From Candidatus Latescibacterota bacterium (GTDB lineage Bacteria; Latescibacterota; UBA2968; GCA-2709665), in contig OZ242358.1 of NCBI GenBank assembly GCA_965208835.1, positions 1,280,001 to 1,344,000 on the forward strand: DNA of 64,000 nt, given 5' to 3'. The translations under genes were made by a program, and so were the position numbers. Shown piece after piece: positions 9,237 through 17,786 of the stretch (position 1 is the first letter of the stretch; every line of letters starts with the position of its first letter). The notes beneath the pieces are model-generated. The model saw nothing but the letters and a program-made list of their open reading frames with translations, was not told the DNA's origin and searched no databases.

Positions 9237-10685
9237 TCAGGGAATTTCGGCCTTTACGTGACCGGTACCGGTATCCCGGTGGTCCACGATGGGTCGTGGT
9301 GGCGTACCGAACGAACTGGACGCGGGCTTGCTTGCGCCAGCACTTCGTCGGAATTGTGACAGACCGTCCATGCTGATCGTGGCCCTGCCGCCGGTTGCTT
9401 CATAGAAATTGTACCACAAGTCAAACTCGTCTTCACCCGCGTAGCTGAACAAGGATGCGTCCCCGCTCAGGTTCTCCAGCACCCATCGGGTCGCCGGGTA
9501 CTCTTCAGTGATCAGAAGAATAACGGCTGCTCGGAAATCCTTCTGTGCCTGCGAATAGTCGGGAACACGCGGGCCTATCTTGGCAATGATGTCCTCGATT
9601 GTATATGTCCTTACTTGACTCGCGGAGAAAGACCTGAAATCCCAAGAAACCCAGTTTTCGTTTATGTCGGAAAGCGGCCCCCAGTCCTCAGCAACCGGCT
9701 TGGCGTCCTCCGCAACCCAGAGGTCAGGAACTTCAACCGGTGGTATGAATCCCGCCAGGTACAATTCGATAGGACTAAGGAGTTTGTTGTAGACCCCTAC
9801 GGGATTGAACTTACTAGAGCTGCGGTACCGCCCGTTCCCATGATCGACCAAGCCGGCAATGTCAAAACCCCCAAGAACGCCGTTGGCGCTGCTGAAGCCC
9901 CAATGCACGGTATATGGTCGAGGTACAATGTCAAGGAAGTTTGCCCAGCGGTGAGTTAATTCGTGCAGAAGCGGCCCCTCAATAAGATTGGTATACAGAC
10001 GCTCGGAATCCCAAAGGCCCCGGCTGAACTCCGTGACTACACCGTGGGAGAGAAATACCACACCCTGCAGTTTCCTGGAAGATCCCCAATCTCCATTGGA
10101 AAAAGACTCCAGGCCGATCCCTTGCACATCGTTTCTTACACGACTGTAAAAGGCTCCTACGAAAGCTCCGGAATCAAGCTGATCTATACGCAAGCTGGGG
10201 ATGAACACCAGAAAATCAAACTCATCGTTGAAATACCTGAAGAATCGCGCAGCATACTCGCGCAGTGGAAGACCACCTGCGGCAAGGTCCTCTTTTACAG
10301 GTAAGACAAATACGTTGTCATTATAGATCTCCGGATCAACAAAGGCGACGACCGGGGAGGGCGCCTCCTTGCCGAAGTTCTGCGCGAAGATCACAAAGTC
10401 TGAAAACCCGATTTCCCCATCACCGTTCAGATCATACGTGCCGTCGTACGTTTCGTCGCCCTGGCGCGCTCCGAACACGCCCGCGAAGATCAGAAAGTCG
10501 CCAAACCCGATCGTCCCGTCGCCGTCGAAGTCGAGAATAGTCGCGGTATCGTCGTCGTTGGCGTTGACGGAGATCGCAGATGCTGTCGCGCCACCATAGT
10601 CTGAACTGACGCCGATAGCGGCGACGAATATGGATGCCAATAGCGCGAGGGCGGCAGTACATATCGCGACCTTTAAGTAAGTCAT
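9237..10685 (-). CDS. Secreted dockerin/EF-hand-like protein with a zincin (HExxH) metalloprotease domain
   Basis: Signal peptide; two DxDGDG/DLNGDG Ca-binding loops (DFDGDGTIGFGDF, DLNGDGEIGFSDF); 'LLHELTHRW' then 'VHWG'; AGGAGG Shine-Dalgarno (SD). Confidence 0.8.
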   Translation of the reverse strand: MTYLKVAICTAALALLASIFVAAIGVSSDYGGATASAISVNANDDDTATILDFDGDGTIGFGDFLIFAGVFGARQGDETYDGTYDLNGDGEIGFSDFVIFAQNFGKEAPSPVVAFVDPEIYNDNVFVLPVKEDLAAGGLPLREYAARFFRYFNDEFDFLVFIPSLRIDQLDSGAFVGAFYSRVRNDVQGIGLESFSNGDWGSSRKLQGVVFLSHGVVTEFSRGLWDSERLYTNLIEGPLLHELTHRWANFLDIVPRPYTVHWGFSSANGVLGGFDIAGLVDHGNGRYRSSSKFNPVGVYNKLLSPIELYLAGFIPPVEVPDLWVAEDAKPVAEDWGPLSDINENWVSWDFRSFSASQVRTYTIEDIIAKIGPRVPDYSQAQKDFRAAVILLITEEYPATRWVLENLSGDASLFSYAGEDEFDLWYNFYEATGGRATISMDGLSQFRRSAGASKPASSSFGTPPRPIVDHRDTGTGHVKAEIP

Positions 10686-10910
10686 TGTGCGAACCCTCCT
10701 GTTCGCGATTCCAGGATTTCTACACGGCTAGAGTCATCGATGCCGCGGGAACGGTGCGACGCGACTCAACATTCCGGCTGGTCGGAGATTCTGGGTCCCG
10801 TAGAGTTTCTTTGGTTCTGTAATGGAACGAAATGCGGAATCGGCGTTCTAAATCGGCTGTTTGTCGAATCGTGCAGAGTTTGTTTCGAGCAACACGATAA
10901 AGATGCGTGA

Positions 10911-10953
10911 TACGGGTGATGTCGAAAGCTCGGCAGAACGACGTCGATGCGGG
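10911..10953. repeat. 43-bp direct repeat, partner at 13717-13759, bracketing the LRR gene
   Basis: TACGGGTGATG-N9-CGGCAGAACGAC-N11; 35/43 identical ungapped by my count. Confidence 0.7.
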
Positions 10954-10963
10954 GCGCGGACAT

Positions 10964-13285
10964 TCACCGGCTGATCGTCCGTACGATGCGCCCCTGCTGA
11001 TCTACTACGTAGATGGGTTCATCCATCAGCCCGGCGCCGCATTTAAGCTCATGCTCTGCCACGGCTGGCACGCCGGGATGCCCCGTCGCGTAGCCATCGC
11101 TGAACTCGATGCCAATGCCCCACACCCGTTCAGCGCCTTCCAGCAGACTGGTCCGGTCGTCTGCGGGATCCAAGAGCGGTCTCGCCTGGATTGAACCCTG
11201 GACGTCCGGAACGGCGTGCGTTGCGACGGCGGTCTTCGCGCCTGAAGGCACCAACGGCAGGGTAAATGGGTAAGCCTGGGAGACATCCACGCTGTAGCCG
11301 AGATCGGCCATGGACTGCACCGTGATCGCGCTGAGCGCCCTTCCCCCGCCAGGCGTCATGAGTTCAAGTTGGGATTCCGGCCCAAAAGACCCGAACACAG
11401 AACCCCTCCAGTGCGACCCATCCATCTTCGCCACAGGCACCTTCGCACCCGTGTAAGCCCGCCCGCCCGCGTCGTCGAAGGCCGCAACTGCCAGCCGGCC
11501 GTTGAAGTGCGTGTCGGCATTCGGGTCGTCCCAGGACAGGTTCTGACGGAAGCCGGTCTGGGCCCAGACCGGCCCGCCGAACCCCACAACGTGCCCGATC
11601 TCGTGAAGCCCTGAAATCAGCGAAATGGCGAAGCGCAAGCCGAACGCCATGCAGCCCACGACAGGCAGATGGGTCTCCTCGCGCAAGAGATGTGGCCGAC
11701 CCCACGCACCGAAGTATTGCTCGCGAGGAATGCTGGTTATGTAAATACGCAGGTCGTCTATCCGCTCCCCGGAAGGGATCGCGTAGGAATGATCGCCGCA
11801 CTGACCCGACAAGCCCTGTGTAAATGTATAGTCCGGCAGATCCTCTGTTATCACCGACATCCACCGCCGTGCCGCGAATCGGAGCACATTCTTCCGGGTC
11901 TCATCGAACTGGTTGGTGAGGAACACGAGCTCGATGTTGAACTCTCTCTCTCGCAACGGGGTCGGGTCGAAGAGTACTGTAACGCCTCGAGCCCGAAGGG
12001 CGGGAATATGATCGTTGATGGAGGTGAAGCTCAGGGGGTTTTCCCAAAGGGTCAGCTCTGTCAGTTTGGTCAATCCGGAAAGCGCCGTGAGGTCTGAAAT
12101 GTTTGTTCCGGAAAGATACAACCTTTTCAAGTCGGTCAATCCGGAAAGCGCCGAGAGTTCCGTGATGTTGGTCAGGAAAAGGTCCAGCTCTGTCAGTTTG
12201 GTCAATCCGGAAAGCGCCGAGAGTTCCGTAATGTTGGTTATGGAAAGATCTAACCATGTCAGTTTGGTCAAACCGGAGAGCGCCGAGAGATCCGTGATGT
12301 TGGTTGCGGAAAGGTCTAACCACGTCAGGTTGGTCAAATCCCCAATCGGCGAGAGGACCGTGATGTTGGTTTGGTAAAGGTCCAGCTCTGTCAGTTTGGT
12401 CAAGCCGGAAAGCGCCGTGAGGTCCGTGACGTTGGTTACAGAAAGGTCCAGCCACTTCAGGTTGGTCAAACCCCCAAGCGCCGTGAGGTCCGAAGCGTTG
12501 GTTCCGGAAAGGTCCAGCCACGTCAGGTTGGTCAAGCCGGAGAGTGCCGTGAGGTCCGAAATATTGTTGTCGTTAAGGGCCAATTGTCTCAGGTTGGCCA
12601 GGCCCTCAAGTGCCAGGAGGTCGGTGATATTGTTGTACCAAAGATACAGCCGTGTCAGACTGGTCAAGCCAGCAAGTGCCGAGAGGTCAGAGATGTTCGT
12701 TCGGAAAAGGTTCAATGATCTCAGGTTGGTCAAGCCCGTAAGCGCCGAGAAGTCTGTGATGTTGTTGTTCGATAGATCAAGACTCGTCAGGTTCGTGGCA
12801 GACTCCAGGCCAGACAAATCGTTAATGCCCGCGTCTCTTGCCTGCAGGTGATAAAGAGTTTTCATTTCGGCCAGGGTGATCGTCGCGCCTCTCGCCTTGT
12901 TCAAGGCCGCCTCAATCGCCGCGCGGAGGTTGACGTCGGGGATGACGACGGCCGGGGAGGGTGCGTCCTTTCCGAAGTTCTGTGCGAAGATCACAAAGTC
13001 GGAAAACCCGATCTCCCCATCGCCGTTCAAATCGTACGTGGCGTCGTACTTCTCGTCCCCCTGGCTCGCTCCGAACACGCCCGCGAAGATCAGAAAGTCG
13101 CCAAACCCGATCGTCCCGTCGCCGTCGAAGTCGGGAATAGTCGCGGTATCCTCGCCGCTTTCGTCGACGGAGATCGAGTGTGCTGTTACCGCACCACCGA
13201 CTGAATCAGCGCCGATTGCGGCGTAGCACACGACTGCCAGCAGCACGAGCGTGGCAATACCCATTACGCATTTCCAGACAGTCAT
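10964..13285 (-). CDS. Secreted dockerin/EF-hand + internalin-like LRR + leishmanolysin(M8)-like metalloprotease
   Basis: Signal peptide, same dockerin-like module, 'IPDVNLRAAIEAAL' cap, about 12 22-aa LRRs, 'LHEIGHVVGFG', 'GSHWR', 'ELMT', 'LSAITVQSMADLGY'. Confidence 0.88.
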   Translation of the reverse strand: MTVWKCVMGIATLVLLAVVCYAAIGADSVGGAVTAHSISVDESGEDTATIPDFDGDGTIGFGDFLIFAGVFGASQGDEKYDATYDLNGDGEIGFSDFVIFAQNFGKDAPSPAVVIPDVNLRAAIEAALNKARGATITLAEMKTLYHLQARDAGINDLSGLESATNLTSLDLSNNNITDFSALTGLTNLRSLNLFRTNISDLSALAGLTSLTRLYLWYNNITDLLALEGLANLRQLALNDNNISDLTALSGLTNLTWLDLSGTNASDLTALGGLTNLKWLDLSVTNVTDLTALSGLTKLTELDLYQTNITVLSPIGDLTNLTWLDLSATNITDLSALSGLTKLTWLDLSITNITELSALSGLTKLTELDLFLTNITELSALSGLTDLKRLYLSGTNISDLTALSGLTKLTELTLWENPLSFTSINDHIPALRARGVTVLFDPTPLREREFNIELVFLTNQFDETRKNVLRFAARRWMSVITEDLPDYTFTQGLSGQCGDHSYAIPSGERIDDLRIYITSIPREQYFGAWGRPHLLREETHLPVVGCMAFGLRFAISLISGLHEIGHVVGFGGPVWAQTGFRQNLSWDDPNADTHFNGRLAVAAFDDAGGRAYTGAKVPVAKMDGSHWRGSVFGSFGPESQLELMTPGGGRALSAITVQSMADLGYSVDVSQAYPFTLPLVPSGAKTAVATHAVPDVQGSIQARPLLDPADDRTSLLEGAERVWGIGIEFSDGYATGHPGVPAVAEHELKCGAGLMDEPIYVVDQQGRIVRTISR
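12030..12856 (-). repeat. 66-bp coding tandem repeats (12 full + 1 partial LRR)
   Basis: Consensus LTxLDLSxTNITDLSALSGLTN/K; boundaries approximate. Confidence 0.9.
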
Positions 13286-13716
13286 GATTCCATCCCCCTC
13301 TCGTGAGTCGGAGATTTCGATACGGCCAAAGTCTACGATGCTGCCTGAATGGAGAGACGCGGCGCTCTACTCTGCCGGGTCAGGCATGTTGTTACTGTAA
13401 GGTTTATTCGTTTGGTCATTGTTTGATTGTAGCCGTTATTGCGCACGGGAATCTTGCGAATCCATGCATCGGTAGTTACGGGGTCCTTCAGGATGCCCTG
13501 GACATCCGGGACTCCGTGCGACCTGTATACGAATAAGCCATAATATAGTAACCAGATACATGATAATATAGTGATATATAGATATTTTTTATGATAAATA
13601 CGTGCCATCTATCCAATGCAGCATTTTTAATCGGCTCCGGAGGGGTCCGGCACCGCATCGCGGGCTGCCGACGCATACATCGGAAAAAAGACCCAATTGA
13701 GATGGGAAGGCGTGGG

Positions 13717-13759
13717 TACGGGTGATGGAGAATGGCCGGCAGAACGACCTGGAGGCGGG
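13717..13759. repeat. 43-bp direct repeat, partner at 10911-10953
   Basis: TACGGGTGATGGAGAATGGCCGGCAGAACGACCTGGAGGCGGG. Confidence 0.7.
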
Positions 13760-13781
13760 CAGACAGGAAAGTCTGCCCCAC
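13757..13781 (-). repeat. GTGG-type REP-like hairpin
   Basis: Minus strand GTG-GGGCAGAC-tttcct-GTCTGCCC, perfect 8-bp stem. Confidence 0.55.
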
Positions 13782-13923
13782 CCTCGGACCGGCTTCCTGA
13801 GAGAGTCTGCGCAGATCTGAGGGGACCACTTCGCGGATGATTCTGCGACGCATCGTGGAAGTAAACAGCTGCGGCCAAATGTAGCGAAGCCGCGATTTCG
13901 CAGTCGCTGGAAACGGCGTTCAG

Positions 13924-13967
13924 AAAAACAAGAAGGGTCGAAGCGCGCTTGTGCGGCTTCGACCCTT
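13924..13967 (-). terminator. Repeated terminator, copy E2
   Basis: AAGGGTCGAAG-cgcgcttgtgcgg-CTTCGACCCTT followed by CTTGTTTTT on the minus strand, about 55 nt after the MNT-HEPN stop. Confidence 0.7.
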
Positions 13968-14021
13968 GAATCTGCCACCTACATCGGATGTATTTGGAAG
14001 CCTGCAGATGACCTGTCGTCC

Positions 14022-14837
14022 CTATTCGGTTCCAGACTCCTCTGCTGCGGTTGCGTTCAGCGCACGGATGCGGGCGATAATGGCTTCGACGGTCTCCTTT
14101 ACTGCCGATAGCAGCGCATCGCGGTCTTCGATGACCACATGCGCGTCTGCATAGCGGTACCGCACAGCGTACCGGGTCAGCCACGCCAGCTTCTCACCGG
14201 CCGGCGTGTGGATTTCATTGGGATGCTGTCGCACGATTGCGGCAAGCTTCGCAAGATCATGCGTGTTACGATAGTCGGCGTCGAGCGCCGAAATCCACCC
14301 TTTCAGCGCGTTTTCCATCGCCTGCTGTGCGGTAAACCCGATCAGTTCCTGAGAAGACCGGGAGTCTTCCACAAGGACTACCAGATCTCCGAGACTCCGC
14401 CGGGCATTGGCGACACGTTGTCGTATATCGGGCCAGTTGGACGGTTCCGGGTTGTCGTAGTCTACCTTGTCGCCATTCCCGTCAAAACCGTCGCGGACGG
14501 CCTGACCCGCCACGTGGTTTCGCGCCCGGCGACCGTCGTGGAAGGCTTTCTCGCCCAGGTGGACCAGATCGACGCCGATCAAGTCGCCATACAGTTCCTC
14601 CGCCTTGCGGTGGGCTGCCACGCTCGTGTCTTGATACCCCTGCCGATCCGTGGAGTCAGCGTCGGTGATGATGAGCAGGTCGATGTCCGACTGCGGGCTG
14701 TAGTCGCCACGGGCGCGCGATCCGAACAGGATGACCCGGTCCGCGTGGACCGCTTCGCTGACAGCCAGGGCGACGGCGCAGGCCTTCGGGTCGGGCGCGT
14801 TGCGTGTCGGGAGCTTTGGCGTCGTGTTCGTAGACAT
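14022..14837 (-). CDS. Fused minimal nucleotidyltransferase (MNT) - HEPN protein
   Basis: 'ILFGSRARGD...SDIDLLII' (GS, DxD) followed by HEPN 'FTAQQAMENALKG...THDL...YAVRYRY'. Confidence 0.88.
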   Translation of the reverse strand: MSTNTTPKLPTRNAPDPKACAVALAVSEAVHADRVILFGSRARGDYSPQSDIDLLIITDADSTDRQGYQDTSVAAHRKAEELYGDLIGVDLVHLGEKAFHDGRRARNHVAGQAVRDGFDGNGDKVDYDNPEPSNWPDIRQRVANARRSLGDLVVLVEDSRSSQELIGFTAQQAMENALKGWISALDADYRNTHDLAKLAAIVRQHPNEIHTPAGEKLAWLTRYAVRYRYADAHVVIEDRDALLSAVKETVEAIIARIRALNATAAEESGTE

Positions 14838-14908
14838 TCCGGTTCACACGGATGTTTTTCGTTCGTCTGGTTGCCGATCGGAGCCAGGGATTTGACTGAG
14901 GCCCCGGC

Positions 14909-16276
14909 TCAGCCCGTCCAGGGCCCGCTGATGGCCAGGGTGATCCCGGGCGATTGAATGTTGGCGTAGAGCGTGCGGCCGTCGGGCGAGAACGTGGCGC
15001 CGGCGAACTCGGACTCGTTGAAGGCGTTGCGGCCGAGCTTGTAGAGCCGCCCCTCCGGCGTGACGCCTACCAGATGGTTGTCCCCTCCGCCGTCCTCGCA
15101 GAGTACGAGGTCGCCCCAGGGCGCCACCGTGAGGTTGTCGCAGTTCTCCACCAGATTGCCGTCGTTGGGCTCGATGAACAGTTCAAGGGTTCCCGGCGCG
15201 GCGGTTTCGTCGGGTGTCCCCTCGTTGGGGCTCGGCTCGTAGCGCCACACCTGCCCTTTCTTCTTCTCGCCGCCGCTGGTGCATGCGAAGTAGACGGCCT
15301 CCCGGCCGTACCACATGCCCTCGCCGCGGGAGAAGCGGGCGGCGCCCTTGTCGAAGCCCTGGTCGCGCAGGTCATTTTCCGGTGACTCCACGTCCTCCAT
15401 ATCGACCCAGGCCGCGGCCAGACGGTCCCCGGGAGCGACGGTCTGCGACCCGTGGTTGTCCGTGTCCAGGCTCGGCTGGTCGCGGGCCATGAGCGCCTGC
15501 AGCCTGCCACCGGCCGCGAGACGTCCGGGCTCGTCGGGCAGGTAGCGGTAGATGAGACCGTCGCCGGCGTCTTCGGTCTGATAGACGATGCCCGTCGCCG
15601 GATGGACGGCCACGGCCTCGTGGTTGAAGCGGCCCATCGCCTTCAGGGCAACGGGTTCCGCCGGCCCCGTATCCGGTCCTGCCGGGACCTCGAAGTTGTA
15701 CCCGTGGTCCTGTTCGTGGTCGTCGTCGGCGCGCTGGGTCGTTTCCTCGCAGGTGATCCAGCTCCCCCAGGGGGTGAGGCCGCCGGCGCAGTTGCGCACG
15801 GTGCCTGCCAGGCTGAGGTAATGTTTCTCCAACTCATCGTTGGGGCCGAGTACGAAGGTCGTCGTCCCCCCCTGGGGCGGGTCGCCGTGGCCCCAGTCGT
15901 AGAATCGTTCCCGCGGTACTTTGCGGAGACGCTCGTTCTCATCGCCAAAGGCGCCGACCTTGCGGGCCCCGGCACTGAGTTCGTGGTTGCAGACCAGCAG
16001 GGTCCGTCCCTCCGCGCCGGGAAAGGCGGCCATGGCGTCGGGCAGGCCCGGCACCCGCAGGCCATCGTCCATCTCGTCGCCGGTGCGGGAGATCACACGG
16101 TAGGTAAAGCCCTTGGGCAGGTCGATGATCCCGCCCGGGTCCGGCAGCATGGGGCCGTAGCCCACGGCGATCCCCTCCCCAAGGGCCTCGCCCAAGACCA
16201 CGTAGCTCTGCAACCCCTGGAATCCAATGCTGACCGCGGCCGCCGACTTCAGAAACTGTCTTCTGGTGACTGGCAT
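14909..16276 (-). CDS. phoX: PhoX/DUF839-family alkaline phosphatase, Tat-exported
   Basis: Tat motif TRRQFLK; NHE, NCAGG.TPWGSWITCEE, GRFNHEA, DNL, EDG, SEFAGATFSPDG..L..NIQ. Confidence 0.85.
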   Translation of the reverse strand: MPVTRRQFLKSAAAVSIGFQGLQSYVVLGEALGEGIAVGYGPMLPDPGGIIDLPKGFTYRVISRTGDEMDDGLRVPGLPDAMAAFPGAEGRTLLVCNHELSAGARKVGAFGDENERLRKVPRERFYDWGHGDPPQGGTTTFVLGPNDELEKHYLSLAGTVRNCAGGLTPWGSWITCEETTQRADDDHEQDHGYNFEVPAGPDTGPAEPVALKAMGRFNHEAVAVHPATGIVYQTEDAGDGLIYRYLPDEPGRLAAGGRLQALMARDQPSLDTDNHGSQTVAPGDRLAAAWVDMEDVESPENDLRDQGFDKGAARFSRGEGMWYGREAVYFACTSGGEKKKGQVWRYEPSPNEGTPDETAAPGTLELFIEPNDGNLVENCDNLTVAPWGDLVLCEDGGGDNHLVGVTPEGRLYKLGRNAFNESEFAGATFSPDGRTLYANIQSPGITLAISGPWTG

Positions 16277-16348
16277 CTGCTCGTTCCTCCCTCAATAATG
16301 AATATACATAGATGGCGGCCTCCCCGCCGACGCTGAGGCCGTGGGACC

Positions 16349-17401
16349 TTATTGCTCGGTCTCCGTTTTCTTGTTTTCCCCGGTTCCCTGATCAATGCTC
16401 GTCTGCTCTTCGAGCCGTCGTTTCTCTGCTTTGCGTCTGTCCAGTTCCAGGATGGCATTCCGGTATTTCCCGCTGGATTTCCGGGCGTAGGCTTCCTGTA
16501 GAGCGGCGCGCGCCTGGTCGAAGCGGTCCGAATACATGCAGCTCAGTCCAAGGTTGTAATACGCCTTATGGACTTCGGGAGAATTGGAGTAGGTCTCCGC
16601 CGCCTCCTGAAAGACGTCGACCGCGGAATCCCAGTTATCCATCTGAACCAATCTGAAACCGCGTTCCAACTCCGGCATTTCCTTGTCGGTTTCAAACGAT
16701 ACATATACGCGTTCGGTATATGGCACGATCATCTGTTCCAGGGCCCGCACGATATCCGCCCGGCATGCCGCGAAGAGCCGCCTGCGATCCGCATTGTCGA
16801 TACTTGCCTTTGCCGGAGTCTTCCCCGAGGTTCTTATGGTCTCGCGCCTGGAAAAATTCCTGCTGGCCAATATCTCTGATGTGCGCAGATCCACAACTCG
16901 CAGTTGGACTTCTACTCGCGCGGTACCCCTGCGTTTGAATTCCCGCCCGGTGGTTCCTTTTTCTGTCTTTCTGTTTTTCTTCCTGACGTCTTCGTTGATT
17001 TCCTCTTCGTCGTAGTCGTAGGCCAGCAGGCCGCCCGAGATGAGGACGACGTTCCCATTATCGTTTTCCCGGCTGCGTCCGGCTTTCAGGTTTTCATAGT
17101 CGAGGAGTTTAAATCGATCGGACTGTGCGAGGGCCTGCGACATCTCGGCGGCGAATCGTCGGATCCAGGTGTCTCGAGATTCCACGCCTTGAAGATATTT
17201 CCCGAAATCGTCCAGTTTCGATACGAACCCGCTCCCCGCGCCCTTGATTTCACCAATTGCGATCCTGTCATAATCGCCCAGGTTGATTTCGGCTGGACGG
17301 GTGACGAGAATGGAGACGCTCCTGCTGGCACAACCTGAAATCCATCCCGTGGCGACAAGGGCTGACAGTACGATGAGATTGCGAGTGCACATTCTGCTCA
17401 T
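16349..17401 (-). CDS. Lipoprotein with CsgG-like domain and C-terminal TPR
   Basis: Lipobox ISG-C; 'VEVQLRVVDLRTSEIL'; TPR 'AYYNLGLSCMYSDRFDQARAALQEAY'. Confidence 0.7.
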   Translation of the reverse strand: MSRMCTRNLIVLSALVATGWISGCASRSVSILVTRPAEINLGDYDRIAIGEIKGAGSGFVSKLDDFGKYLQGVESRDTWIRRFAAEMSQALAQSDRFKLLDYENLKAGRSRENDNGNVVLISGGLLAYDYDEEEINEDVRKKNRKTEKGTTGREFKRRGTARVEVQLRVVDLRTSEILASRNFSRRETIRTSGKTPAKASIDNADRRRLFAACRADIVRALEQMIVPYTERVYVSFETDKEMPELERGFRLVQMDNWDSAVDVFQEAAETYSNSPEVHKAYYNLGLSCMYSDRFDQARAALQEAYARKSSGKYRNAILELDRRKAEKRRLEEQTSIDQGTGENKKTETEQ

Positions 17402-17465
17402 CGTGCTTTACTCCGATAGTCTGGACGATTCGTTGTGCCGGCGATCGGCCGCAGGTACGGGTTCC

Positions 17466-17508
17466 AAAACAAGAAAGGTCGAAGCGCTCTTCAGCAGCCT
17501 CGACCCTC
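17466..17508 (-). terminator. Repeated terminator, copy E3
   Basis: AAAGGTCGAAG-cgctcttcagcag-CCTCGACCCTC followed by CTTGTTTT on the minus strand, about 15 nt after the selenoprotein stop. Confidence 0.65.
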
Positions 17509-17523
17509 GTTTCCTGCGATGTA

Positions 17524-17760
17524 TCATATACGTTTCGCTATTTCGGGCTGGATTTCTTCATACTCGGGGAAGCGGCCTTCCTTGAGTTTGGAGAACGCGA
17601 GTTCGCCGTCGATGGTGACTTCAAAACGTCCGCCGCCGGCGGGAATCAGCGTGAAGCTATCGATGTCCTGCTTGAATTCTCTCAGCAGCCTGTCCGTCAA
17701 ACTGACGGTCTCGTCTTCGTAGCCTCAAGCCGCGCAGTATTCGATGTCGATTCTGGGCAT
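17524..17760 (-). CDS. Rdx-family (SelT/SelW/SelH-like) selenoprotein, 78 aa, in-frame UGA read as Sec
   Basis: MPRIDIEYCAAUGYEDETVSLTDRLLREFKQDIDSFTLIPAGGGRFEVTIDGELAFSKLKEGRFPEYEEIQPEIAKRI; CxxU motif, TGA at 17727-17725, AAGGAGG SD; missing from the ORF track. Confidence 0.92.
17694..17708 (-). promoter_or_regulatory. Bacterial SECIS-like hairpin
   Basis: CCGUCA-GUU-UGACGG starting 16 nt after the UGA, with GU in the apical loop. Confidence 0.75.
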
Positions 17761-17786
17761 GTGGCGCCTCCTTGACGCGTGCGGAT

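Noticed and set aside
12030-12856. Regular repeats that could be taken for a CRISPR array
   Set aside because: 66-bp in-frame LRR coding repeats without unique spacers; no cas genes in the window.
9016-17508. Integron cassette array suggested by co-oriented genes and repeated hairpins
   Set aside because: The hairpins lack RYYYAAC/GTTRRRY ends, no integrase is present, and some genes have their own promoters.
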